A stretch of DNA of 64,000 bases from Verrucomicrobia bacterium UBA3783 (GCA_002369235.1 DFFF01000009.1:2762-66761); one strand, 5' to 3'. Counted from the first letter of the stretch, positions 18,750 through 28,122 are shown. Translations and numbers: made by a program. Notes: generated by a model from the letters alone, not told the origin.

Positions 18750-20823
18750 TTTCCGCCTTTTCATCGCGAAGGTGCGCAAGACCGGGAAGTGCCGCCCCGG
18801 ACGCGTGAAGACGCTCGCCATGGGCAAGGAACGCACGTTCCGCGCATACGACCTTGGCGAAGATACCTTTATTTTCGAAGACGGCATCCACAACCATCTC
18901 GCCGTGCGGCCGTCCGTGCTCATAATCCCCAAGGAGCATTTGCGCCGCCGCGCCAAGGGCATGGTGATGACGATCACTACCGGAAACCACTCGGTCGCGG
19001 CGTTCCCAATCCTCGACGGCAGATTTTGGAAACTTTCCCATTTGAAGCCGGAAGTGCGCGAGGAGACGCTGATGAAGCATATCCTCTGCGCGAACATCGT
19101 GAACGGAGTGCTGGAGATATCCCAGCGCGACGTCGCTTCGCGCCAGCTCTTCGCATCGGATGAATGGCTTCTCAAGACCGGGCGGTTCGCCTTGAACGAC
19201 ATCATCATGCTCGACCGCAACGAGATAACGCTAGAGCACTACCGTTCGCTCGGTCAGGAGTGGCGCGTCAAGCCGCTGGCCTGGACCGAGACCGGCATGA
19301 AACTTGCGCTCGAAGCGTCCAAGAAGCGCATCGGCACGAAACTGCGCTATTACCATTCCTCGCGCGGCGTGCATTTCCTCACCTATCCCGAATTCAAGAA
19401 ATTCGCGGAGTTGGCCTTGGATCCAGAAAAACTCCCGAAGTTCATCGACGGGCTCAAGGAGATGGTGGCGATCCACGAGGGCAACCGCTATTCGTTCGTG
19501 CGCATGCCCAAGTACCGCGGGCACCACGAGGTGGAACTGTTCGGGCTGGCGCGCGGCGTCGGCATGGACAGGATAGTGCCGGAGCTCGAAAAGCTCATGG
19601 AATCTATCGTGCTCGCGAAGATTTCGCAGGAGCACATTGTAAAGCGCGTGAACGGGATACTTGCGCTCTACGAGTCGCTGCTCACCCAGCGCGAATACAA
19701 GGATCCCGAGGCTCACGCCTACATCGAATCGCTGTACATGCACGTTTCCGGCGAGGTGTATTCGGTAGTTGGAGACGGCTCTTCACTGGCGTTCGACGAC
19801 CGCCGCACCGCCCTGCCGGGTGCGACCTACGCAAAAGGCGTCCCTGCCTTCCACCCCGGCATCGACGACCGCACCAAGATTCTCATTTCCAATCTGCGCA
19901 TCATTCTTTCCAAGGACGAAGTGCTCACGTCGGTCAACGTCTACGAATTGCACGCCAAGGGCGACGAATCCGATTTGCCGATCGGCCAGGGCAAGACGCG
20001 CGAGGTTGTCTTCACCACGAACATCCGCCCCCTGCCGCAGTCGCTTATCGAGAAGCGCATCATCCAGCGGCAGCGCGGCTACGGCCAGTATGTGATTGCG
20101 CGCATCGGTGCGCTCAAGGCGCTTGGCGTGAATCTGCCGTGGTACATGCTTTTGCGGCGCCGCGGCGAGTTCAGTTCGCGTCCGCTGGATTACTACATCC
20201 GTTCGCGCTGCGAAGGCGAGCCGGTTGAATCCATTCCCGCGAACTACTTCACTTCGATGGAGGACTCCAATGTCGAAGAGACCGAGGCTGTCCTTGCGCT
20301 CGCGATGCTCATGGGCGATGCCGCCGCGCAGAACATGGTGATGAAGAAATTCGATTCCGCGACCGAAACTCCGCTTTTCGGGGAGAAGGAAATCTACGAG
20401 TTCGAATACAACAACATGCAGCAGCGCATCATGCCCAAGGCGGTGGCCACCTGCTCGATCCGCGGCGCATTCGGCTGGCCGTGCATCGATTTCACCGATG
20501 AAAACCTGCGCAACATGGCCAACTACTACATGGGCTTCTATGCGCACAGCCTCAAGAAGTTCCAGAGGAAGCACAAGGTGGGGATGTACGAGCTTGCAGA
20601 CCGCTTCATGGAAGGCTTCGAGTTCCGCACTCAGGCGATGGCCTGGCAGCTTTCCACCTTGCGCGACCGGTTCGAGAATTTCGATCCGGGGCTTCCGGCG
20701 CATTTCAAGTTCAAGCAGAAGTGGCGGTTCGTCTTGTGGTCGCTGGAGCGCCAGTTGCGGAGAATCGAGATCTACCGCCGCATCTTCTTTATGAAGGTCA
20801 AGGTCGAGGAGGGAGATAAATGA
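18742..20823 (+). CDS. large conserved-looking hypothetical protein (693 aa), family not recognised
   Basis: Uninterrupted ORF with coding-like composition. It overlaps the upstream stop by 8 nt and the kdsB start by ATGA. An alternative start is M27 (MGKERTF). Confidence 0.65.
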   Translation: MNSFRLFIAKVRKTGKCRPGRVKTLAMGKERTFRAYDLGEDTFIFEDGIHNHLAVRPSVLIIPKEHLRRRAKGMVMTITTGNHSVAAFPILDGRFWKLSHLKPEVREETLMKHILCANIVNGVLEISQRDVASRQLFASDEWLLKTGRFALNDIIMLDRNEITLEHYRSLGQEWRVKPLAWTETGMKLALEASKKRIGTKLRYYHSSRGVHFLTYPEFKKFAELALDPEKLPKFIDGLKEMVAIHEGNRYSFVRMPKYRGHHEVELFGLARGVGMDRIVPELEKLMESIVLAKISQEHIVKRVNGILALYESLLTQREYKDPEAHAYIESLYMHVSGEVYSVVGDGSSLAFDDRRTALPGATYAKGVPAFHPGIDDRTKILISNLRIILSKDEVLTSVNVYELHAKGDESDLPIGQGKTREVVFTTNIRPLPQSLIEKRIIQRQRGYGQYVIARIGALKALGVNLPWYMLLRRRGEFSSRPLDYYIRSRCEGEPVESIPANYFTSMEDSNVEETEAVLALAMLMGDAAAQNMVMKKFDSATETPLFGEKEIYEFEYNNMQQRIMPKAVATCSIRGAFGWPCIDFTDENLRNMANYYMGFYAHSLKKFQRKHKVGMYELADRFMEGFEFRTQAMAWQLSTLRDRFENFDPGLPAHFKFKQKWRFVLWSLERQLRRIEIYRRIFFMKVKVEEGDK

Positions 20824-21563
20824 AGACATACGGAATAATCCCCAGCAGATTCGGATCCAGCCGGTTCCCCGGCAAGCCTTTGGCGATGCTCGCGGGCAAG
20901 CCGCTCGTCGCGTGGGTGGTCGAAGCGGTGAAGAAGGCCAAGACGCTCGACGAAGTCCTGGTCGCAACCGACGATCAGCGCATCGCCGATGCCGTGATCC
21001 AGTACGGCGGCAAGGCGGCAATGACTCCTTCGGAGTTGCCTTCCGGTACCGACCGCATCGCCTGCGCCGCAGGCGACTTCGCCGATGACGACATCCTCGT
21101 CAACATCCAGGGCGACGAGCCGCTCATCGATCCGGCGCTCATCGACGAACTGGCGCTCAAACTGAAGCTCAGCGCGGCTTTCGACATGGCGACCGCCGTC
21201 ACGCCAATCAAGAGCGAAGCGGACTTCGCCGCCAAGACTGTGGTCAAGGTGGTCATGGACAAGAATGACTCCGCGCTTTATTTCTCCCGCGCCCCGATCC
21301 CATGCGACCGCGACCATGCGCCGGATCTCGCCAGCGGGCTCTACGTGCGCCACCTCGGCATCTACGCCTACCGCGGCGCGTTCCTCAAGCGTTACATCCG
21401 CGAGCCTCAGTGCGAACTCGAGAAGACCGAAAAACTCGAACAGCTCCGCGCACTCTACATGGGCGCGAAAATCGCCATCGTGCGCACCGCCGACGAAGGA
21501 ATCGGCGTGGACACCCCCGAAGATGCGGAGCGGGTGGAGAAACTTCTTTTGGCGCGTGCGTAA
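20820..21563 (+). CDS. kdsB: 3-deoxy-manno-octulosonate cytidylyltransferase (CMP-Kdo synthetase)
   Basis: 247 aa with IIPSRFGSSRFPGKPL and VNIQGDEPLI motifs. Confidence 0.9.
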   Translation: MKTYGIIPSRFGSSRFPGKPLAMLAGKPLVAWVVEAVKKAKTLDEVLVATDDQRIADAVIQYGGKAAMTPSELPSGTDRIACAAGDFADDDILVNIQGDEPLIDPALIDELALKLKLSAAFDMATAVTPIKSEADFAAKTVVKVVMDKNDSALYFSRAPIPCDRDHAPDLASGLYVRHLGIYAYRGAFLKRYIREPQCELEKTEKLEQLRALYMGAKIAIVRTADEGIGVDTPEDAERVEKLLLARA

Positions 21564-21897
21564 GTTTCTTCCATTGCTCGTTCTGCTTGCCGGCTGCGCC
21601 TCCACGACGCCGGTTCTGGAACTCGACGCCAAGGATCCTTCGATCGAGGTGAAGACGACCGGCTTCTATGTGAACGACCAGCCGACGACCCCGAAGCGCA
21701 TCCTTGCCGCCTTGACCGACCTCGAGGTTCCCAAGACGCGCACGATATACATCCGGATCGACGGCGATGTCACCAATCTCACCCCTGCGCGTTCGCTCAT
21801 GGGCTATCTGGCCAAGAACGGCTATACGCGCCCCGTGCTGGTAACCAAGCGCCATGCGGAATCCGAGGCGCACGACAAGAAAAAGCCATGGCGCTGA
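21556..21897 (+). CDS. small lipoprotein
   Basis: GTG start giving MRKFLPLLVLLAGCAST (lipobox LAGC). 113 aa. 8-nt overlap with kdsB. Confidence 0.6.
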   Translation: MRKFLPLLVLLAGCASTTPVLELDAKDPSIEVKTTGFYVNDQPTTPKRILAALTDLEVPKTRTIYIRIDGDVTNLTPARSLMGYLAKNGYTRPVLVTKRHAESEAHDKKKPWR

Positions 21898-23084
21898 CAC
21901 TTGCTCCGCGAATCGCGCTCGGCCATCATCAGCGCATGCGTCCTGGCTACCGGATGGCGATGGGGCTGAACCTGCTGCGCCTGCCGCTGAAGGATCTGCA
22001 CGAAGAACTCAAAAAGCAGATCGATACGAATCCCGCGCTTGCAGACTGCAAGTTCGACCTGCCGCCCGGCTGGGCGCCGGAGCGCGCCGCGTCCCTCTCC
22101 GGCGACAACTCCTTTCTTTTCGAGAACCGGGCGGCTGAGGAATCGCTCTACGAACACCTATCGCGGGAGCTCGCGATTTCCGGCGTGGAAGGCGCGCTGC
22201 GCGACAAGGCGCTGGAGATAATCGGCGATCTTGACGAGAACGGCCGGTACACAGGCGGCGAACTCGACGGAGAAGGCGAAAGGGCGAGAGCGCTGGTGAT
22301 GACGCTCGATCCGGTCGGATGCGGCGCACGGACGCTCTCAGAGTGCTACATGGCCCAGCTCGACCGGATCCCCAAGGCCGACCGAGAACTTGCCGCCAAG
22401 GTGATCGGGGAGATCGACTCCATTCTCGCCGGCAAGGCCAAACTCACCCCGGATCTGCAGGTTACGGCGGCGAGGGTGCTCGCGTGCCTCGACCCCAAGC
22501 CCGGTCTCAAATATTCCTCGGCGCGTCCTGATTACATCGTCCCGGACATCATCGTCGACAAAAACGGCAACATGAGCGTGGAGCGCGGGAATATTCCGGA
22601 AATCCGCATCTCCAGTGCGTATGCAAATCTTGCCGCCGACCGCTCCCAGGATCCCGAGGTGCGCGAATACGCCAAGGCCATGGTCAAGCATGTCAAGGAT
22701 CTGCAGTTCTCCGTCGCGAACAGGTTTTCGACGCTCGAGCGGCTTGCCAGGATAATCGTCGAGCGCCAAAGCGAATACATCATGAAGCGCGGCGAGATGA
22801 AGCCGCTGAAGATGAAGGAGGTGGCGGAGGCGGCGAATTGCCATCGCTCCACCGTCTCCCGCGCCGCAGAGCGGAAATATCTGCGCGGGCCGTGCGGACT
22901 CGTCAGGCTCAAGGATTTCTTTTCCGTGAGCGACGATTCTTGCCGTCGTCGATTCGCGGAGATCATGCAGAATCCGGATCTGCGCAAGCTTTCCGACGCG
23001 CGTGTCGCGAAACTACTCAACTCCGAGGGTTTCAAGATCGCCCGCCGCACCGTGAACAAGTACAGAAGCGAAATGAAACCATGA
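21888..23084 (+). CDS. rpoN: RNA polymerase sigma-54 factor
   Basis: Region-I-like N-terminus (LNLLRLPLKDLHEELKKQIDTNPAL). C-terminal HTH plus RpoN box (HRSTVSRA ... ARRTVNKYR). At 398 aa it is on the short side for the family. Confidence 0.85.
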   Translation: MALTLAPRIALGHHQRMRPGYRMAMGLNLLRLPLKDLHEELKKQIDTNPALADCKFDLPPGWAPERAASLSGDNSFLFENRAAEESLYEHLSRELAISGVEGALRDKALEIIGDLDENGRYTGGELDGEGERARALVMTLDPVGCGARTLSECYMAQLDRIPKADRELAAKVIGEIDSILAGKAKLTPDLQVTAARVLACLDPKPGLKYSSARPDYIVPDIIVDKNGNMSVERGNIPEIRISSAYANLAADRSQDPEVREYAKAMVKHVKDLQFSVANRFSTLERLARIIVERQSEYIMKRGEMKPLKMKEVAEAANCHRSTVSRAAERKYLRGPCGLVRLKDFFSVSDDSCRRRFAEIMQNPDLRKLSDARVAKLLNSEGFKIARRTVNKYRSEMKP

Positions 23085-24439
23085 AAGTATACAATTCCCT
23101 AACCAGACGCAACGAAGAGCTTTCGCCTCTCGTCGGCAACGAAATCCGCCTTTATACCTGCGGGCCTACCGTCTACAACTTTGCGCACATCGGAAACTTC
23201 CGCGCCTATACGTTCGAGGATATCCTTCGCAGGGCGATAGAGTTCAACGGCATGACGGTCAAGCAGGTGATGAACCTGACCGATGTCGACGACAAGACAA
23301 TCCGGGGCGCGAACGCCGCCAAGGTGGCGTTGCGCGACTACACGCAAACCTATAAGGACGCATTCTTCGAGGATCTCAAGAAGCTCAACATCGAGCCTGC
23401 CGAGGTGTATCCAGCCGCGACCGACCACATCCCCGAAATGATCGCGCTCATCGAAAAGCTCGTCGAACAGGGCATCGCCTACAAGTCCGATGACGGCTCG
23501 GTGTATTTCAGCGTGCGCAAATTTCCGGGCTACGGAAAACTTGCGCACATCGATTTCGATCATCAGCAGACCGGCGCACGCTGCGCCGCCGACGAATACG
23601 ACAAGGAAAACGTCGGCGACTTTGCGCTCTGGAAGGCGTGGGAGGAATCCGACGGCCCAGTCGGCTGGGATTCTCCGTGGGGCCGCGGCCGCCCCGGCTG
23701 GCACATCGAATGCTCCGCGATGAGCATGAAGTATCTCGGCCAGACGTTCGACCTCCACACCGGCGGCATCGACAACCTTTTCCCTCATCACGAAAACGAG
23801 ATCGCCCAGGCCGAGGCCGCCACCGGCAGGGAGTTCGTGAGAACCTGGATGCATTGCGCCCATCTGCGCGTGAACGGCGAGAAGATGTCCAAGTCCGCCG
23901 GCAACTTCTTCACGCTCCGCGATTTGCTGGAGAAGGGTTGGACCGGGCGCGAAATCCGCTATGTGCTCATCAATGCGCACTACCGCAGCGGGCTCAATTT
24001 TGCATTCTCCGCGCTCGAAGACGCACGCAAATCCCTGGAGCGCATCGATCGCTCGGTCGCGCTCGCGACGGAAGGCGAGGCTCCCGGCTGGGCGAAGAAG
24101 CACCTTGAGGATTTTGCCGCCGCAGTCAACGACGACCTCAACATCCCCGGTGCTTTCGCCGCGCTCTTCGCGCTTGTGCGCGACACGAACGCGCATGGCG
24201 GCGGAGCGGTGCTCGACATCTTCCGCAGGATGGACAAGGTTCTGGGCGTCATTTTCTTCGGCCAGAGCGAGAAGAAGAGCGAGGATTTGCCGGACGAGGT
24301 GAAGAAGCTGCTCGACGAACGCGCCAAGGCCCGTGCCGGAAAGAACTGGGCGGAGTCCGACCGCATTCGCAACGAAATCGCCGCCCTCGGCTACGCTGTC
24401 AAGGATTCCAAGGACGGCCAGACCTGCACCAGAAAGTAA
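23081..24439 (+). CDS. cysS: cysteine--tRNA ligase
   Basis: Start MKVYNSLTRR at 23081 (ATGA overlap with rpoN). HIGH-type CGPTVYNFAHIGN and KMSKS motifs. Confidence 0.95.
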   Translation: MKVYNSLTRRNEELSPLVGNEIRLYTCGPTVYNFAHIGNFRAYTFEDILRRAIEFNGMTVKQVMNLTDVDDKTIRGANAAKVALRDYTQTYKDAFFEDLKKLNIEPAEVYPAATDHIPEMIALIEKLVEQGIAYKSDDGSVYFSVRKFPGYGKLAHIDFDHQQTGARCAADEYDKENVGDFALWKAWEESDGPVGWDSPWGRGRPGWHIECSAMSMKYLGQTFDLHTGGIDNLFPHHENEIAQAEAATGREFVRTWMHCAHLRVNGEKMSKSAGNFFTLRDLLEKGWTGREIRYVLINAHYRSGLNFAFSALEDARKSLERIDRSVALATEGEAPGWAKKHLEDFAAAVNDDLNIPGAFAALFALVRDTNAHGGGAVLDIFRRMDKVLGVIFFGQSEKKSEDLPDEVKKLLDERAKARAGKNWAESDRIRNEIAALGYAVKDSKDGQTCTRK

Positions 24440-24448
24440 TCCTCCGCC

Positions 24449-25408
24449 ATGTATCCAGAAACATCGACAATCGTCGCGCTCGTCCTCCTGGGCCTTGGAT
24501 TTTTCCTTTTGGAACGGTCCTCGGACATCTTCGTGGACGGCGCGGCGATGGTCGCAAGGCGCTACAGGCTGTCGCCGTTCATCATCGGCATGGTGATTAT
24601 CGGGTTCGGGACTTCCGCCCCGGAGTTGTGCGTGAGCCTTATGGCGGGGATCGGCGACCGTGCGAATCTGTCGCTCGGCAACGCATACGGCTCCTGCATA
24701 TTCAACATCGCCGGCATCCTCGGCGTTGCGGCGCTGATCGCGCCGATGGCGGTGAAGCGCAAGACCGCTCTGTTCGCGGGGCTTTTGCTCTCGGCGATAA
24801 CCGCAGTTTCGCTCTTGTTTCTGTATCGTGGCGGCAAGCAGCTTTCGCGTCTCGAGGCGCTGGCGCTTTTGCTCGTCTTCGCTATCGTTTTCCCGCTCTA
24901 CTGCGTTTTCAGCAAGGACTCGGCTGAAGTGGATTCCGGCGAATTTTCCGGTCGGCTTTCCGTGGCGTTCGCGAAGCTCGTCCTTGGCTTCGCGGTGCTC
25001 GTGGGCTCTTCGCACGTCCTCGTGTGGGGCGCGGTGAATCTCGCCCGCAAGATGGGCGTTTCCGAGCTTATGATCGGCCTTACAATCGTCGCGGTGGGCA
25101 CCTCGCTCCCGGAACTTGCCGCCGCGATCCAGTCTGCACGGCGCAATGAGACCGGTTTCATCCTCGGCAACATCATCGGCTCGAACATTTTCAACACGCT
25201 GGTGGTCGTCGGGCTGGCTTCCGTTTTCCATGGTGCGCGCGACTATTCGGCTTCCGTGTATCTACGCGACTTGCCGGCGATGCTCGCCGTTTCGCTTTCG
25301 ATTGCCGTTTTCGGCTTCAGGGGGCGCATCGGGCGTTTGCATGGCTTTGTCTGGGTTCTCGCTTTGGTCGCCTACATGGCGTTGACAATCTATCAGGAGA
25401 TATTGTAA
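24449..25408 (+). CDS. CaCA-family sodium/calcium antiporter (YrbG-like)
   Basis: 319-aa polytopic protein with two alpha-repeat motifs (GFGTSAPEL and AVGTSLPEL). Confidence 0.8.
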   Translation: MYPETSTIVALVLLGLGFFLLERSSDIFVDGAAMVARRYRLSPFIIGMVIIGFGTSAPELCVSLMAGIGDRANLSLGNAYGSCIFNIAGILGVAALIAPMAVKRKTALFAGLLLSAITAVSLLFLYRGGKQLSRLEALALLLVFAIVFPLYCVFSKDSAEVDSGEFSGRLSVAFAKLVLGFAVLVGSSHVLVWGAVNLARKMGVSELMIGLTIVAVGTSLPELAAAIQSARRNETGFILGNIIGSNIFNTLVVVGLASVFHGARDYSASVYLRDLPAMLAVSLSIAVFGFRGRIGRLHGFVWVLALVAYMALTIYQEIL

Positions 25409-26067
25409 TGGCTAGAATCATCGCAATCGACGGCCCGTCAGGCGCCGGCAAATCTTCGGTATCGCGCATCGTGGGCGAGCGGCTTGGCATGTTGCATGTG
25501 GACTCCGGCGCACTTTACCGTATCTACACCTGGCAGGCGCTCGCGAAGAACGTCGATACCTCCAGCCCCGCGGCAGTCGCCGCGTTCGCGCCCGCGGTCG
25601 AAATCGAGTGCCGTCCCGAAAACGGCTCGATCGCCTATTATGTGGACGGCGAACTCCCTGGCAATCGCATCCGCACCCCGGAGATCAACGCCCACGCCTC
25701 CAAGGTCGCTACGGTGAAGGAAGTGCGCGACGCCGTGACCGCGCTTTTGCGCTCGCTTGTCAAGTTCGGCGATCTCGTCGTCGAGGGGCGCGACATCACG
25801 ACCGCCGTCTTTCCCGATTCCCCCAACCGCTTCTACCTCACCGCGTCGGCCGAGGCTCGCGCCCGCCGCCGCCAAAAGGAGGAGGTCGAGAAGGGGATTG
25901 CCAACCAGAGCGAAGAGGACGTCAAGGCTTCGCTCCTCGCCCGCGACCGGATGGACTCCACGCGCAAATACGCCCCGCTCAAAAAAGCCGACGGCGTAAT
26001 CGAGATCGATTCCTCCGACCTGACGCTCGAAGAAGTCGTCCAGACCGTCCTTGAAGCTGTCCGTTAA
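25408..26067 (+). CDS. cmk: cytidylate kinase
   Basis: IAIDGPSGAGKSS P-loop and DSGALYR motif. 219 aa. Confidence 0.9.
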   Translation: MARIIAIDGPSGAGKSSVSRIVGERLGMLHVDSGALYRIYTWQALAKNVDTSSPAAVAAFAPAVEIECRPENGSIAYYVDGELPGNRIRTPEINAHASKVATVKEVRDAVTALLRSLVKFGDLVVEGRDITTAVFPDSPNRFYLTASAEARARRRQKEEVEKGIANQSEEDVKASLLARDRMDSTRKYAPLKKADGVIEIDSSDLTLEEVVQTVLEAVR

Positions 26068-26884
26068 ACTTTCGCTCGCGGTTCTCGTCGCGTTTCTCTT
26101 TGCCGCCATCTTCGGCGAAGTGCAATATCGCGTCGCCCGAATCCGCGATGTCACGCCGGAGTATAATCGCGTCGATACCTCCGCGCGCTATCTGCCGCCG
26201 TCGGCGGAGCATTGGCTGGGCACCGACAACCTGGGCCGCTCGGTCGCGCTTCGCCTCGTGCAGGGCGCGCGCATCGCCTTTATCGTGGGCGTAATGACCT
26301 CGCTGATCGCGATTCCGCTCGGGGTCGTGCTGGGACTTCTGGGCGGATACTTCGGCGGCAAAACGGACTCGGTCGTCCTGTGGCTTTGCGCCACTGTCGC
26401 CTCGATGCCGGGACTGTTGTTCATTCTCGCCATTTCGCTGGTTTTCGGACAGGGCATACCCGGAATCGTCATGGGCGTCGGGCTCACGACATGGGTCGGC
26501 GTCTGCCGCACGATCCGTGCCGAGGTGATCAAGCACCGCGACCGCGCATACGTTCAGGCGGCGAAAGTCTTGGGCTACTCCAATTTCCGCATCATGTTCC
26601 GCCACATCCTGCCCAATGTGGCGCACATCATCCTCATTCAGGCCTCGATCCGCTTCCCATCGGCCGTTTCGACCGAAGTCTTCATCTCGTTCCTTGGCAT
26701 CGGCATCCAGGGCGAGCCCAGCTGGGGCGTCATGATCAACAACGCACGGCTCAGGCTGTGGCAGGGCGTGTGGTGGGAAATGGCTTCGACGACGCTCTGC
26801 ATCTTCCTGCTCGTGCTGTCGTTCAACCATCTTGCCGACTATCTTCGCGACCGGCTCGACCCCGCGTTGAGGAACGAGCGATGA
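26051..26884 (+). CDS. ABC transporter permease (OppC/DppC family)
   Basis: 277 aa with the HWLGTDNLGRS motif and a binding-protein-dependent permease core (AAKVLGYSNFRIMFRHILPN). The TTG start is tentative. Confidence 0.78.
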   Translation: MKLSVKLSLAVLVAFLFAAIFGEVQYRVARIRDVTPEYNRVDTSARYLPPSAEHWLGTDNLGRSVALRLVQGARIAFIVGVMTSLIAIPLGVVLGLLGGYFGGKTDSVVLWLCATVASMPGLLFILAISLVFGQGIPGIVMGVGLTTWVGVCRTIRAEVIKHRDRAYVQAAKVLGYSNFRIMFRHILPNVAHIILIQASIRFPSAVSTEVFISFLGIGIQGEPSWGVMINNARLRLWQGVWWEMASTTLCIFLLVLSFNHLADYLRDRLDPALRNER

Positions 26885-28122
26885 AGGTCTGGATCGTCAA
26901 TCCGTTCGACAACCTGCCGCAGGAGGGACGCCGGGCGCAGCGGTATTATCTGATGGCTCGCGCGTTCGCCGCCGCCGGACACGAGGTCGTGCTTTGGACG
27001 AGCGACTTCTCCCACTCCGGCAAATGCCGCCGCGCCGCGCCAGACGGTTCGCCGCTCCCGGCGCGTTTCACCGCCGACGGCTTTGAAGTCCGCCTTATCC
27101 ACACGCTCCCATATTCGCGCAACGTCTCCTTGCGCCGTCTCCTCAGCCATTTCCTGTTTGCGGTGCGCTGGTGGCAGGCAGGGCGCGATGACCCCATCGC
27201 GCCGGTTCGCCTCATCATTTCTTCTTCGCCGCCGCTGACGCAATGTGCCGCCGCCATACGCCTTGGGCGCCGGTTGGGCGCCAAGGTGATTGTGGATATC
27301 CAAGACGCCTGGCCGGAAACATTTGTGCGCATTTTGCCGAAGTGGCTGCTGGCGCCGCTGAAGTTCCTGGCGAGGCGCAACTACCGCCGCGCCGACGCCA
27401 TAACCGCCGTCGCCGACCGCTATCTGGAACTCGCCCGGAGCTATGGCGCGACTTGCCCGATGCGGCGGTTTTATCTGGGAATCGGTGTTGAATGTTGCCA
27501 GTGTGAAAATGTTGCCAATTGCCAAATCCAATGTTGCCAATCAACTTCGCGGACTTCGCGTGAGCCAAAAACTGGGGAGAGATTTTCCGATTGCGTCAAT
27601 CTGGTCTATGCCGGTTCCTTGGGGCGCACATACGATTTGGCGCCAGTCGTCCGTGCGGTCGCGGCGCATCCCGGTTGGACGCTCCATATTGCCGGATCCG
27701 GCGAGCAGGAGGCGACGCTGCGTCGGGCCGGGCGCACAGTCTTTCACGGCTATCTGGGCGAAAAGGAGCTGGAAGAACTGCTTGCCAAATGCGACATCGG
27801 GGTTGTGCCCATGTCGTCGGACAGTTTTGTGGGCGTTCCGAACAAGTTTGCCGACTACGCCCGCGCCGGGCTTGCAATCGCGAGTTCCCTGGGCGGCGAA
27901 AGCGCCGCCCTGCTCGAACATTATGGCGCCGGCGCGACTTACCGCGAAGGCGATGCCGACTCCTTTGCGGCGGCGGTTTCATCGCTCCTTGCGCGGCTTC
28001 CAAGCGCCAAAGCCGGCGCACTTGAGCTTTGCCGCCGCGAATTCGACGCCGAGCGTATTTACCGCGATTATGTCGCGTCTCAACTCTCGGCGCTCGACCG
28101 CACCGCCATCTTTCATTCGTAG
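26881..28122 (+). CDS. glycosyltransferase family 4 (GT-B)
   Basis: Start MKVWIVNPFDNLPQEG at 26881 (ATGA overlap). Two Rossmann-like halves. The interdomain region carries an AT-richer repeat insert. The stop codon lies in the first unit of the 22-bp array. Confidence 0.8.
   Translation: MKVWIVNPFDNLPQEGRRAQRYYLMARAFAAAGHEVVLWTSDFSHSGKCRRAAPDGSPLPARFTADGFEVRLIHTLPYSRNVSLRRLLSHFLFAVRWWQAGRDDPIAPVRLIISSSPPLTQCAAAIRLGRRLGAKVIVDIQDAWPETFVRILPKWLLAPLKFLARRNYRRADAITAVADRYLELARSYGATCPMRRFYLGIGVECCQCENVANCQIQCCQSTSRTSREPKTGERFSDCVNLVYAGSLGRTYDLAPVVRAVAAHPGWTLHIAGSGEQEATLRRAGRTVFHGYLGEKELEELLAKCDIGVVPMSSDSFVGVPNKFADYARAGLAIASSLGGESAALLEHYGAGATYREGDADSFAAAVSSLLARLPSAKAGALELCRREFDAERIYRDYVASQLSALDRTAIFHS
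27182..27205. repeat. 24-nt palindromic element, copy A (inside the GT4 CDS)
   Basis: ggcgcgatgaccccatcgcgccgg, identical to 28425-28448. Arms GGCGCGATG / CATCGCGCC. Confidence 0.8.

Noticed and set aside
23099-25231. 710-aa ORF antisense to cysS and the antiporter gene.
   Set aside because: It spans two unrelated real genes on the other strand and has no recognisable domain. GC-driven open frame.
27488-27545. The Cys-rich peptide ECCQCENVANCQIQCCQ in the GT4 as a metal-binding motif.
   Set aside because: The cysteines are a by-product of translating the tgttgcca DNA repeat. The segment is compositionally foreign and sits in a linker.
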